Assembly (NCBI GenBank): GCA_951406725.2
Contig: OX597836.1
Coordinates: 17,918,001-17,982,000, forward strand
Direction of reading: 5' to 3'
DNA length: 64,000 bases
Origin: Octopus vulgaris
Lineage: Eukaryota
Numbering within the stretch: the stretch's first letter is position 1; each line of letters begins with the position of its first letter. Made by a program: the position numbers and the translations under genes. Under the pieces are notes generated by a model. That model had not been told where the DNA came from, did not search any database, and saw only the letters and a list, made by a program, of their open reading frames with translations. Shown piece by piece: positions 1 through 13,468 of this stretch.

Positions 1-664
1 ATTAATTTCAATCGTTTTGGAAAAACTTTTATAAGGCTAACTTTAATTACAGTAGTATCTATGGAAGCCCAGTGGGATTATTATTTACATGGACTTAAAG
101 ATTGATCGCAGTTTAGCATCTAATTTAGTTATTGCATTTTACTATTAATACTGATACAATGTACATTCGATTACATGTCTCTTGTGGTAGTTTTATTAAA
201 GTTAGTGTTCAATGCTGCCTATAATTGAATTAGGCTTTTGCTTTTGTATTACACTATGGAAGACGGTAAGGATTATAATTTTTGTATGCCTTAATAGAGC
301 TGTCGCTGTTTAGTTACGTATTTAGGAGTGGTTGTAATCCACATATTGAATTTATTTATCGATACGGCTGTACATTGGGTAAATGTGTTTGAAAGTTGGG
401 GTCTCTTTGGTTTGTTGGTTCCCAAACAAACCCTATTCTAGTGCTGTTGACACCGCTGATTGAATAGTACTGCCCAGGTGTCGAAAACATGATGATATCC
501 GTGGGGCAGCTGATGATGGAGGTACGGTGGATTTGTTGGTGTGGATTTTTATGTAAATGCGGATTAGTGTTACTTTTGATATATATATATATATACATTT
601 TTTTGTCGCTTACTTATTTCAGTGATTGGACTGTGGCCACATTGGGGCAAAACCTTGGAGCAAT

Positions 665-970
665 TTCTCGAGCAAATAAAAACCGTAATTTTTTTTTAAA
701 GCTTAGCAATTATTCTGTGGTTTTCATTTTTTTTTTTGGCCAAACAGGAAATTTACTGGGACAACCAACACGTAATACTGAAATAGTGGAGAAGATATGA
801 TATTGCTGTGGGGTTGTCCTAGGGAAAAAGTTAAGATTTTTTGCCGATGACACTCCCCGGACCTTAAGTAAGTCATGTGTAAAATTTGAATGAAATTGGT
901 TGTGTAGTTCTCAAGTTTTAGGGAAACACACAGACAGACAAACACACATACTCAGTTTTATATATATATA
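665..970 (-). mobile_element. Non-autonomous Helitron-like element, 5' portion
   Basis: Minus strand reads TATATATAAAACTGAGTATGTGTGTTTGTCTGTCTG...AACTACACAACCAATTTCATTCAAATTTTACAC. This is the same 5' architecture as the Helitrons at 9254 and 53259. No CTAG 3' end seen. Confidence 0.5.
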
Positions 971-1393
971 TAATATATATTATTGCATCGAAAAGAGACG
1001 TTTACAACTCTTGTTAAATAATGCCTTGAAATTTTGGCTTAGGGCCAGTAATTTTGAGCGTCAAACCAGATGAGTGGTAAAATCCAAAGAATTTTATAAT
1101 GGAATCAAAGCTGAGAATTCGAGGAACCGGAACAAATATCACAAGGCATGCCACACAATGCTCTATCAACTCTGCAAGACAAATAAGCAAGAGAAATATC
1201 TTTTGCATTGCTTCCTGGAGGATCAAAGTTAAATTTGAAACGAGCGAGATATGAACTCAAAAGTCATAATACCACACCGCCGGAAAATGTACTGCAATCT
1301 ACTACATTGGACGATGTAGCGTCTCTACTATTTCGTTACCAAATGTGTTGCGCTTGGGTGTTATACACACACATACACACACATAAACACACA

Positions 1394-1900
<507 letters not shown>

Positions 1901-2422
1901 GCCTGTATGTGTGCGTGCCTGTGAATGTGTGCGTGTATGCGAGCGCACGCGTGTCTTTGTGTATGTGTGTGCATGTATGGTTTGTGATTGTTTATGTGTG
2001 GGTTTCGTGAGCATTGGAATGTACCGAATCATTTGCTATCGTGCTGGTTCCCAACGCAGCCGGCTCCTCCTCCTTTCCACTCCTGCCCACTCCTCCATTC
2101 CACCGCAAGCTACCGTCAATCGATTCCACTGATGAACTTTAGAAAAATGTCCGTCCTGACCTTTCTTTCTCAATGACGACATAAAGACTGCCATCTTTGT
2201 CGTCTGCGATAGAATCGTCTTTGAGCATCATGTGTATCATCATGTTCAAAATCAAAATGACGACGATTATGATGGTGATGCTGCTGTTGATGATGATGAT
2301 GGTGATATTGATCATCATCTTTATCATCTTCATTATCGTCTTCCTCAATCTCTATCTCATTCTCATTAACTGTATGTTCATCATCGTCCACGTCATCCCC
2401 CTCCTCCTCCTCCTCCTCCTCC

Positions 2423-2467
<45 letters not shown>

Positions 2468-2669
2468 CCATCATCATCACCATCATCACCATATATATAT
2501 ATATATATAAATACGATGGGCTTCTTTCATCTTCCGTCTACCAAATCCACTCACAATGTTTTCGTCGGCCCGAGACTATAGTAGAAGACACTTGCTCAAG
2601 GTGCTTACCACACACCCACTCCTACACCTTTATGTATGTATATACATATATATACATATATATATATAT

Positions 2670-2758
<89 letters not shown>

Positions 2759-3129
2759 CATACATATGTATGCACTTGTAATTTGATATATTCAATACTT
2801 CCTAGAAGGAATACTCTGGTTTTAACCGTTTCAGTGTAAAACCTAAACAGCAGTCGGGTTCACAAAAGCAAGATGAGAAACAAACAAACTGAACCAGATT
2901 TCGGTGAGAATCCAGGGGAAAATATCTCCAGTTACTGGAATTATTTCCAAAGAGCTCTGTGATGAATATTTATCTGAAGCTCTACCATTTGTTCATGAAC
3001 ACACAGAAAAAAAACTAAACAAATTCATATAAACCACAAAATGAAGTTGTTGATACAAGGCCATCTTTTGTGGCCAAAGCAACATAGCCTGAAACCGAAC
3101 TTAAGTAGAATATCAGTAAAACAAAAATA

Positions 3130-3450
3130 CGAAGAAAACATCAAAGATACAGTATATGGATTGGTTATATAGGAAATGTTATACAAAGAACATCAAGGAA
3201 CATTGAAAATGTGCGTAGAAAGGAGATATTTCTTTGCCCCAAAGCATTCCTAAACGATGCTAAGCTGTAATCTTTTCCCGATTGGCATCTTTAAATACAG
3301 GAATCACGACAGTGAAATTTCTGAGAGTGGTTGGCATATGTGGAATGTGGAAGAAGATTTATTTTGTTTACCATTTCGATTGTTTAGCAAATATACATGA
3401 GCTAGAGCGAGAACAGGAAGAAAATAAATCTACCACAGAAAAAAAAATGG
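3130..3450 (+). pseudogene. Degenerate hAT-type transposase N-terminal (TTF zinc-finger-like) remnant
   Basis: Frame from about 3290 reads FKYRNHDSEISESGWHMWNVEEDLFCLPFRLFS, resembling the W-L-x-Y-S...FCxxCRLF TTF motif. Confidence 0.35.
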
Positions 3451-3972
3451 AAAGAATTTGGTGTCTGAATTCTTCAGAATTAATGTATTAGCCAAGATGT
3501 TGTGATTTGTGTATCTCAGTAGGAGCTGAAGCTGCGAAGTCGTTTCAACACAAGAATTTACCATTTTCTATATAAATGCAAGTGTGTGGAAGCACTCCGT
3601 CGGTTACGACGATGAATTTGGTGTCTGAATTCTTCAAAATTAATGTATTAGCCAAGATGTGATTTGTGTATCTCAGTAGGAGCTGAAGCAGCGAAGTCGT
3701 TTCAACACAAGAATTTACCATTTTCTATATAAATGCAAGTGTGTGGAAGCACTCCGTCGGTTACGACGACGAGGGTTCCGGTTGATCCGAATCAACGGAA
3801 CAGCCTGCTCGTGAAATTAACGTGTAAGTGGTTGAGCACTCCACAGACACGTGTACCCTTAACGTAGTTCTCGGGGATATTCAGCGTGACACAGAGAGTG
3901 ACAAGGCCGGCCCTTTGAAATACAGGTACAACAGAAACACAAGAATTTACCATTTTCTATATAAATGCAAGT

Positions 3973-4361
3973 GTGTGGAAGCACTCCGTCGATTACAACG
4001 ACGAGGGTTCCAGTTGATCCGAATCAACGGAACAGCCTGCTCGTGAAATTAACGTGTAAGTGGCTGAGCACTCCACAGACACGTGTACCCTTAACGTAGT
4101 TCTCGGGGATATTCAGCGTGACACAGAGAGTGACAAGGCCGGCCCCTTTGAAATACAGGTACAACAGAAGCAGGAAGTAAGAGTGAGAGAAAGTTGTGGT
4201 GAAAGAGTACAGCAGGGATCACCACCATCCCCTGCTGGAGCCTCGTGGAGCTTTAGGTGTTTTCGCTCAATAAACACTCACAACGCCTGGTCTGGGAATC
4301 GAAACCGCGATCCTATGACCGCGAGTCTGCTGCCCTAACCACTGGGCCATTGCGCCTCCAC
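3973..4361 (-). mobile_element. tRNA-derived SINE family A (OR1-like), full length
   Basis: A box TGGCCCAGTGG and B box GTTTCGATTCC on minus strand; near-identical to 29389-29773 and 52168-52550; TSD ATAAATGCAAGT at 3961-3972 and 4362-4373. Confidence 0.9.
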
Positions 4362-4509
4362 ATAAATGCAAGTAACAAGGGAATGATAGGAAGCGGGAAA
4401 CTAAACTGGATGCGAGAGTTTGAGGCGCTCGCAGACTAATGCATCAGCTCCAGCGTTCGATCCTCGGAAGCGAAATTTTTCTATCTTCTGTTCGGTTTTT
4501 GTGTCTATC

Positions 4510-4930
4510 CTCACCAATGGTTATGAATGTCGGGTAGTGACTGACAGAGCAAAATACAGGCAACCGAACTATGGTTCCTCTGAAGGATATTTGGTGTAAA
4601 GTTACTCGACAGGAGTGCATAACTCGGACATCATGGAATGTCTCCGGGTCAAGCCGCTACTTCTCTGCATTGAGGGATTACATCTCCAGTACTAGAGACA
4701 TGTGATTAAAATGTCGCAGGTAGGAATCGCAAGACAGGCTCTTCAAGTCCAGCTGACTATCAGAAGACCTGGTTTAGACTAAGAACGAGATGGTTGGATG
4801 ATATTCACATTGTCAGCCGGAAAGTGTAATGCTGGTTGTTTCTGATAAGATCACATGGAGAAGGTGCTCTATGACTCTTCCCCAGTGGATCCTGCGTGAA
4901 GAATGGGTGGATTAAATGGATTAATGTCTG
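4510..4930 (+). mobile_element. Decayed RTE-clade LINE 3' end
   Basis: Translation ...IEGLHLQY*RHVIKMSQVGIARQALQVQLTIRRP.../RWLDDI resembles the RTE C-terminal IERSQLRWFGHxxRM...RWxDxI; ends in ATGG-like repeats. Confidence 0.55.
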
Positions 4931-5710
4931 GTCTAAATTCAATTTTCACCTGATCAACATAATTTTGGGTATTAAAGAGTTTTAGCATTCCATATTACTT
5001 TTCATACTGGCGATGTACACAATTGTAACTTTTGTAGGTTTTATTGAACGTTGCCTATTGTCTCCTTGGTAATCGACACCCGAAACACGTGTTAGGAAAG
5101 TAAAAACAAAAAACGAAACCAGAAGACATCATTTGTCGGCTGTATCAAACAAACAATGAAGTTGTTTCTCTCTGTTGTGTTATTGTCTTGAAAGACACTC
5201 TCTGGAAGATCAAAAGTAAGATTGTATCTAATACATGATGCAACACCTGGTGCCATACATATTCAAACAGACGACATGCGTTTCCTTGTGAGCCGAAGAT
5301 TCGAAGAAGAAATTCTGTTATTGGAAGACTGAAATATAAAAACAGGTTTTCGGATAACTCACCTGATCAAAGAAAGATTAATAAAAGAAAATAACATCCT
5401 TTTGGTAGGTAGAGCACAGAGTTTAAGGCTATAACAATGTCGCTGATATCGTAGTCGAGTTTAAGAGAGTATAAATAATACTTCTTCATGAAAATTTTCG
5501 CATTATACCTTAACCGTGTACTAAGAGTCGAGTCTGCAGTTGCTACGTTTTCCGAATTTTCTCAAAGGCTCTGTAATCTATTTTACCATTGTACGAAAAT
5601 CTGGCGTATTTTTTTTTACTGATAAACACACATTTATACTCACATACATGTACAGATACATTACATGTACATACACAGACTGTCAATCGCTGCATGGTGC
5701 GTCAATATCA

Positions 5711-6125
5711 ATTTCTTTACTACCCACTAGGGGCTAAACACAGAGAGGACAAACAAGGACAGACGAACGGATTAAGTCGATTATATCGACCCCAGTGCGT
5801 AACTGGTACTTACTTAATCGACACCGAAAGGATGAAAGGCAAAGTCGACCTCGGCGGAATTTGGACTCAGAACGTAGCGGCAGACGAAATACCTATTTCT
5901 TTACTACCCACAAGGGGCTAAACACAGAGAGGACAAACAAAGACAGACGAACGGATTAAGTCGATTATATCGACCCCAGTGCGTAACTGGTACTTATTTA
6001 ATCGACCCCGAAAGGATGAAAGGCAAAGTCGACCTCGGCGGAATTTGAACTCGGAACGTAGCGGCAGACGAAATACTGCTAAGCATTTCGCCCGGCGTGC
6101 TAACGTTTCTGCCAGCTCGCCGCCT
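5711..6125 (-). mobile_element. SINE family B (Nin-domain-like), dimer
   Basis: tRNA-like head (TGGCAGAAACGTTAG; GTTCAAATTCC) plus GCCTTTCATCCTTTCGGGGTCGAT core, two units; TSD TGCGTCAATA at 5698-5707 and 6125-6134. Confidence 0.9.
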
Positions 6126-6690
6126 GCGTCAATACCACGTAGTTAGACAAAATCGGTAGTTCTAAGTCTCGAATCGAGTGTACAGGATATTCTTCAATTT
6201 AATCTGCCATCGGAAGAGACAAGAAATGAAATATGAGCAAACGTTAAATCCATGTACTCTTTTTCAATGAATACGCACGTCATCCGTTTTGTTAGCGGTT
6301 GCAGCGGTATTGACATCTGCAACATAGTAACATTAAACACAACAACCGTTGTCATTGCTGAGATTAAAATCGACACTACTGAAACATTTGTGCAACCCTC
6401 CAGAGAAACCTGGGGATCAAGCTGACACACCGATGAGAGAATCAAATAAACCGCTAATACTCTGTGAATGGAAATAAGCTAGACACAAATGTGAGAACGC
6501 CAAATAAATGACAGGAGCAACAATGTGGAACATTGTATTAAACTTTGGATTTACTGGACGAAATTACGCAACTACAAGGATAATGTACTGGTGTGTCTCA
6601 GGCAACAGATTTAGTCTAGTATAGAATAATAACAGAGTAACGCCGTTTAGTAGGAGAGGTTGGGAAGGTGAAAGAGGAGAGTGAAATATA

Positions 6691-7292
6691 TATTTCTTTA
6701 CTACCCACAATGGGCTAAACACAGAGGGGACAAACAAGGACGGACAAAGGAATTAAGTTGATTACATCGACCCCAGTGCGAAACTCGTACTTTATCTATC
6801 GAACCCGAATGGATGAAAGGCAAAGTCGACCTCGGCGGAATTTGAACTTACAACGTAACAACAGACGAAATACCTATTTCTTTACTACCCACAAGGGGCT
6901 AAACACAGAGACGACAAACAAGGACAGGCAAAGGGATTAAGTCGATTACATCGACCCCAGTGCGAAACTGGTACTTTATCTATCGACCCCGAAAGGATGA
7001 AAGGCAAAGTCGACCTCGGCGGAATTTGAACTCACAACGTAACGGCAGACGAAATACATATTTCTTTACTACCCACAAGGGGCTAAACACAGAGGGGGCA
7101 AACAAGGACAGACAAAGGGATTAATTCGATTACATCGACCCCAGTGCGTAACTGGTACTTATTTAATCGACCCCGAAAGGATGAAAGGCAAAGTCGATCT
7201 CGGCGGAATTTGAACTCAGAACGTAACGACAGACGAAATACCGCTAAGCATTTCGCCCGGCGCGCTAACGTGTCTGCCAGCTCGCTGCCTTT
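6691..7292 (-). mobile_element. SINE family B, trimer
   Basis: Three ~185-bp units, only one with the full head; TSD GAGAGTGAAATATA at 6677-6690 and 7293-7306. Confidence 0.9.
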
Positions 7293-7874
7293 GAGAGTGA
7301 AATATAATATCAGAATAAATCAGGGGAAGCGAAGTTAAGAGAAGTCAACGGCACTTATGAAAAAGAGAATATTTCTTTTTCTTTTTGCATTGTTCCATAA
7401 ACTTTTTCTTCGAGGGTTTCTTGAAGTTTATGTAATCTATTAAAATCTGAACATTTCGTACTCTTTCATTTTCTCAACTTTTATTTTTTCTCCTTTTTCC
7501 TATGTTGTTCTCTTAACTTAGCTTCCCGAGGTTTATTCAAATACAATATTTCACTCTTCTCTTCCCAACCTCTGGTACTAACAGTCTCTCGATGCAGAAA
7601 ACATCGTCTCAGATATACTCGACTAAAATTGACATCTATTACATACAAAACATTATCTCAAATATTTACACAACCAAATTACACGGGCGGTGGAGGTGTG
7701 GGTGTGTTGATAAAAACTGGTTTTCTAAACGGTGAAGTCTTGGGTTGTCCCTCAACAAGACACTTCGGTGTTTTCTACTATAGCTCCGGGTTGATTAAAT
7801 CCTTCTCAGTGAATTTGGTTGACGGAATTGAAAGCACCCCTTTGTGTACGTATATATAACTACTTTGTCTTCAA

Positions 7875-8222
7875 ATATAGCTTCGGGGACTGCGATGGGT
7901 ACGATAATTGTCCCCTCCTTTGCTAACCTAGTCATGGGATATTTAGAAATCAGTTTTTATGGTAAGGTTCTAGAAAAATACATCAGCCCATTCTCCTCCT
8001 ATATAGAAAATAACTGGAAGCGATACCTGGATGACTGTTTCATTCTTTGACATGAACGTATAGAGAGACTTAAAGAATTCCAAGCACTTATAAATGGACT
8101 TTATAACATTCAATTTACGATGGTATATAGCCATCAACAACTTCCTTTCCTTGACATCCTCATTAAGAAATCTAACAACGTAATAGAAACAGATATATAC
8201 TATAAGCCCACGGACTCTAATA
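7875..8222 (+). pseudogene. Penelope-like element reverse transcriptase fragment
   Basis: GTAMGT..PSFANLVMGYLE, WKRYLDDCF, LPFLDILI, TDIYYKPTDS are PLE RT motifs; in-frame stop and frameshift. Confidence 0.85.
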
Positions 8223-8340
8223 TATTCATTGTGTGCATCTTTTTCCCCTTTGTTGCTTTTGTTTTAATTCCTATTTCCGATTTGTTTACACACACACAAA
8301 CACACTCAAGCACACACACACACATATATATGTATATATA

Positions 8341-10531
8341 ATTGACGAGTTAAGAAATAATTGAATTAGGTACTTAAATTGAAGCACCAAGTCAGTCCGC
8401 TATTGTCCGCACAGCTCGAAGTTAGTTGAATAAAAAGCAGATAAGTAACGAGGATGTCCCAGTATCAGTGCATTACGGCCGTTTCAAGCGGCTCCATTTC
8501 CAATAGTATCTTTTCTTATTTTATTTATATTTTAATTGGCTTTTGTTATGAATACTTCGCCTTATCCTTATTTTTTATCTTTTATCTCTTTTTATATCGG
8601 CTATATATTTTAAAAATCTTTTTATCTCTTTTTATATCCGGTATATATATTTTTATCCTTTATCTGTTTTTATATTTTATGGCATTTGAAAAATTTTCAT
8701 TTTCATCTCTATGTTTTCATTTTATGAAAATATTTTTCCTTTTCTTCATTTTTATTTTATTTTATTTATTCTTGTGTCATATTATATTACTGTATTTAGT
8801 ATATCTATATACCCTTATATATACTGGTGTAATATCTATAGATTGTGAAGGAGATTGTAACTTCTCTCTATAGTAATCATGGTAAAATATAATACAATAT
8901 GGTATTTTATTTATTTATATGCATATTTTATAATTGTAATATATACTTCATTTTTGTGCGTTTATATATATATATATATGTATATATGTATATATATATA
9001 TATATATGGTACTTTTATACCTTCTGATATCCTTTCAGGTTTTTTCATAATGATGGTAATATTTTATATAAATATATTTTTCTAAGTCTTTTAAACAAGT
9101 TACCTGTTATAGAAATATTTATCGTATTTTTTATCCCTTAATCTTTGGTTTTTGATTAGGATAATAGCTGAATTTAAGTGTACGTTCATTGTTGAATAGT
9201 TTTATCATGACCACCTTAACATAGTGCTAGGAGGAAGCATTGTGGGGTTCCTATCTTTATATATAAAAGTCAAGTTGTGTGTCTGTCTCCTACGATTTAG
9301 ATTCCTAACTACTCCCACATTTTGCGGTGCAGTTTAACCAAAGCCGGGTATCTTATAGTTGTGATTCATATCGAGCCCTTCTGGGTATTAGCGCACGTCT
9401 ACGATCAGTCTACGATTTAAAAAAAAATTTGCCATCATTTATTCCATTTAATGCATTTTTTCGCTATTATATAAGGGAAGTAACTCTCCAAAAATGTCTA
9501 CGATGAGTCAACGATTTAAAAAAAATTTACCATCATTTTTTTTTCCATTTTTAGTGCATTTTTTTTGCTATTTTTTGGCTATAACTCTCTAAAAATGCTT
9601 ATATAGTTAGTTCCCTTACAAACCCGAGCCATAAAAATCCGCCACTTTTATGGCTTAGATTGCTTTATCTATCCTTCTTCTCTTGCTTGGTTCTTAAATC
9701 CTTTTCAAAACTTTAATAATTTAATACATAAATTTTGCTAAGCTTGGAAGCACAGTTTCCCGTACTCTTTATCCCCACATTTAGATCTCATTGTAACCTC
9801 CTTTGTTTCCCCATTTTAGGCCCTTTTAGATGGTAGTCATAATATGTTAAGTCACACCTGTCCTTCCTCTTTCTGGTTATCTCCTTCGTCTCTGTATATC
9901 ACTATCTTGCTAGCATCTTCTTAGACATATTCTTTTATGTAGATATGGCTGATTTTATGGTCACAGAAAAATAGAGGTACTGAGGAGTATCTCATATTAA
10001 ATAATTTATCACCAACAAGAACTTAACAGCCAATTCCCAATGGTTTTAATTCTAAGGGGATGTAGACTACTTGCTGCATAGGGTCTTTTGAACGTGATAA
10101 GGATAAAGATGAATGTTGCTATATCACCATTCCTCTTTCTTGAATCCCCATTATTTTGTTCTGCCGCTCTAAATTATAGTAGGTTTTAGGTATTCCTTTC
10201 CTAAATTTCATTCTGCTACAAGAATAGCAAAAAGAAGCAATATAATTGATTTAGTCTCTAGCACTAATGAAACATTTGCTTTAAAATTGTACTGGAGTAT
10301 CCTGTACATTGGAAATATATATGGTCGTATTCTTCTGAGGAGAGCGGTTTATTTCAAATTGGTGTAATGTTTTCATTAATCGATTAAATGGACTCTCTTG
10401 AAACGACCGTGATGCACTGATACCTGGACATCCTTGTTACTTCTTTTCGTAATATGTATATATTGTTATATTTCGGACTGGTCATTTTGCAAGTTTAGCC
10501 AATAAAAATCTTGCACAACAAATATATAAAC

Positions 10532-10532
<1 letters not shown>
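8341..10532. mobile_element. PLE-like segment bounded by inverted terminal (pLTR-like) sequences
   Basis: Inverted repeat at 8443-8499 and 10386-10442 contains the hammerhead 3' half and resembles 49697-49741; flanked by TA/CA microsatellites. Confidence 0.55.
9254..9629 (+). mobile_element. Non-autonomous Helitron, 3'-truncated
   Basis: A|TC start TCTTTATATATAAAAGTCAAGTTGTGTGTCTG; ends in AACCCGAGC, the first half of the terminal hairpin seen complete at 53628-53643. Confidence 0.7.
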
Positions 10533-10581
<49 letters not shown>

Positions 10582-11325
10582 ACGTGCACATATACACACA
10601 CACACACATAAAATGTATCAATTTTAGTGATTAATTACGTATTTATGCATAACTACATTTAGCTACCTTCCGGCAGTTCTCTCAATATATTTACATTTAT
10701 TTTCACATAGATATATTTTTCTACACTTGAACAGAATCACACACATGTACACGCAGTCACACACATCCAAACTAACACACAGACGCACGTTTATACCTGA
10801 GTATTTACGTGGGTGTAAGTGCTTGTACATTTGTCTAAGCGTTAGGGTCTACTTGTTAAAAAAAACATCGATGAATAATATTGAATAATATATAAGTGTG
10901 TGTGTGTATGCGTGTGTGGTGTTTGCGTATGTGGTGCTTGTGTGTGTGTGTGTGTGTTTAAGAATATATATTCTAAAAGTTTTTAGTATTTGTATTTTTT
11001 TATGAATATTGGGAATCATTTAAAATTTCCAATAAAATATAATACAAATTGATGTTGTTATAATTATTGTGGTTGGTACCTCGATTACTTCAGCAGTTGT
11101 TGCTCTTGTTATTAGTGTTGTTGTTGATGTAGGTTTTATACTTAGCAATGGTAGTAGCTTCCAAGTTAATTTTTTAGTTAATGTGAAAAATATGTTTCTG
11201 CTGCCGATATCTTTCCTTCTCAATGAGAAATTCAATATGATTGATTGATTCCTTTTTTTATAGTTATTAAATTTCGTACTTAAAATATCGATAACTCTAC
11301 ACGCTAAAAAAATGTAACTAAAAAT

Positions 11326-11372
<47 letters not shown>

Positions 11373-11454
11373 TGCAAGCTTGAGTATGCGTATAAAAATT
11401 TGTATATATATATATATATGTGTGCGTGTGTGTATGTGTGTATGCTTTATTTTC

Positions 11455-11893
11455 TTTCTCTTTTACTTATTTCAGTCATTTGACTGCGGTCATGCTGGAG
11501 CACCGCCTTAAAGGTTGTCAGTCGAAGAATTCGATCTAAGCCTAGTACTTATTCTACCGCTCCCTTTTGCCGAATCGCTATATTACGAGACATAAACACA
11601 CCAACGTATACACAGAGCTTTTAACCCCAATATTTCCATGTTATTGTAGCTATTGCTTTATCCCCTTTGCCGAAACAATAAACACGAAAACACACAAACA
11701 CTGGTTGTCAAGCAGTGGTGGGGGACATACATTAAAGGGGCTTCTTTCGGTTTCCGTTTGCCAATTCGTTTACAATACTTTGCTTAGCCCGATGCTATAA
11801 TAGAAAGCACTTGCCATAGGTTCCACGTAATGAGTCTACTCCCGGAACCAAATGGTGAGGCAGCAAGCTTCTTATCACACAACAGCGCCTGCG
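11455..11893 (-). mobile_element. SINE family C, diverged copy
   Basis: Tail TTTCAGTCATTTGACTGCGGTCATGCTGGAGCACCGCC and degenerate head match 60832-61240. Confidence 0.75.
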
Positions 11894-11922
11894 ACTTTAT
11901 ATGTGTATGTGTGAGTGTTTGC

Positions 11923-11966
<44 letters not shown>

Positions 11967-12029
11967 GCATGTGTGTGCGTATTTGCATGCGTTCACACGG
12001 CTGACTCAAGTGCATGTATATATGTGTAT

Positions 12030-12090
<61 letters not shown>

Positions 12091-12174
12091 CAAAATGGGA
12101 CAAGAACGCAAAACATTCAAATAGACGACTCAAAAAACGGACGGGTCATTTGAAGCCTCTAATCTTCAGTCAAG

Positions 12175-12205
<31 letters not shown>

Positions 12206-12246
12206 ACAAACTTACTTAGAAATGGATGCGTGCGTTCCGTCATATA

Positions 12247-12651
12247 ATAAATTAATAAATAAAACATATATACATACATACATATATGTACGTACCTACA
12301 TCTACATGTATATATACATGCATATATGGGTACAGGACACAAAAAACGTCGAACACAATGAGAAACGAAAACATAAACACAAAACCGAGGAAATGGACAT
12401 TTTTCTTAAACGACGAAAAAATAGAGTACAGGACATACAAAACAAGGAAAATTCCCCTTCTTCAGTCGCCTTTGTTTCATCTACTCCGCGAAGAAAATTG
12501 TCCATTTCCTTGGTTTTGTGTTTATGTTTTCGTTTCGCATTGTGTTCGACGTTTTTTCATGGTGTCCTGTACCCATATATGCATGTATATATACACGTAG
12601 AGGTAGGTACGTACATATATGTATGTATATATGCATATGTTTTATTTATTA

Positions 12652-12657
<6 letters not shown>
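12247..12657. repeat. Long imperfect inverted repeat (~160-bp arms, ~83-bp spacer) within (TA)n
   Basis: 12247-12407 is the reverse complement of 12491-12657. Confidence 0.9.
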
Positions 12658-12702
<45 letters not shown>

Positions 12703-12854
12703 TATATGAAAGAATGGAGTTGAATGACTGGTTAACAAGTGTCTATACCCTAGGGACGTAGCTTCAACCGTATTCTCTCTGATGTGAATTTGCTACCCGG
12801 GTATCGGTTATCTTTCGAATTATCCTTAATAAGGTAATTCATTCAACTACTCAA

Positions 12855-12888
<34 letters not shown>

Positions 12889-13258
12889 GCACCTGAGTCA
12901 GCCGTGTGAACGCTCTGTTGATGGCCTGCAAGGTACGACGCTGTCGGTCACATGTGATATCGATACAAATAGACTAGGAGCAGAAATATCTCCCAATTAC
13001 ATAACAAATGCCAGCAACTAAACATTGACAACAACAATAACAAACGCAACACAATACCACAAGTACAGAGGGCAAAATAACGACAACACGAACAACAGCA
13101 ACAACAACAAAAATCCACTAAATTACTTTAACAACAACAAAATGACATACAAATGTGTGTATATATGTGTGTGTGTGTGCACGTATGCATTCAGTTCACG
13201 CACAAATATACAGGTATAGATTTGTATATCAGCAATAGCGACAACAAAAGGAAAACAA

Positions 13259-13289
<31 letters not shown>

Positions 13290-13435
13290 TTTATATACAT
13301 GGATAGAATACACATATACAAATATGTGTGTGTATGTACATACAGCATATAAACTTATATATATATGTATGCATATATATATACACATGTATATATATAT
13401 GTATTTATATATATATGTATATATGCATATGTATA

Positions 13436-13467
<32 letters not shown>

Positions 13468-13468
<1 letters not shown>

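Noticed and set aside
356-598. 80-aa minus-strand ORF as a gene
   Set aside because: Starts in a TA microsatellite and has no recognisable motif; probably decayed TE sequence
5063-5097. Hammerhead 3' half CCGAAACACGTGTTAGGA with a TCCT/AGGA stem
   Set aside because: The CUGANGA box is absent; at most a relic
5711-7292. Tandem ~185-bp units as a CRISPR array or hammerhead retrozyme
   Set aside because: No repeat-spacer structure and no CTGANGA core on either strand; they are SINE multimers
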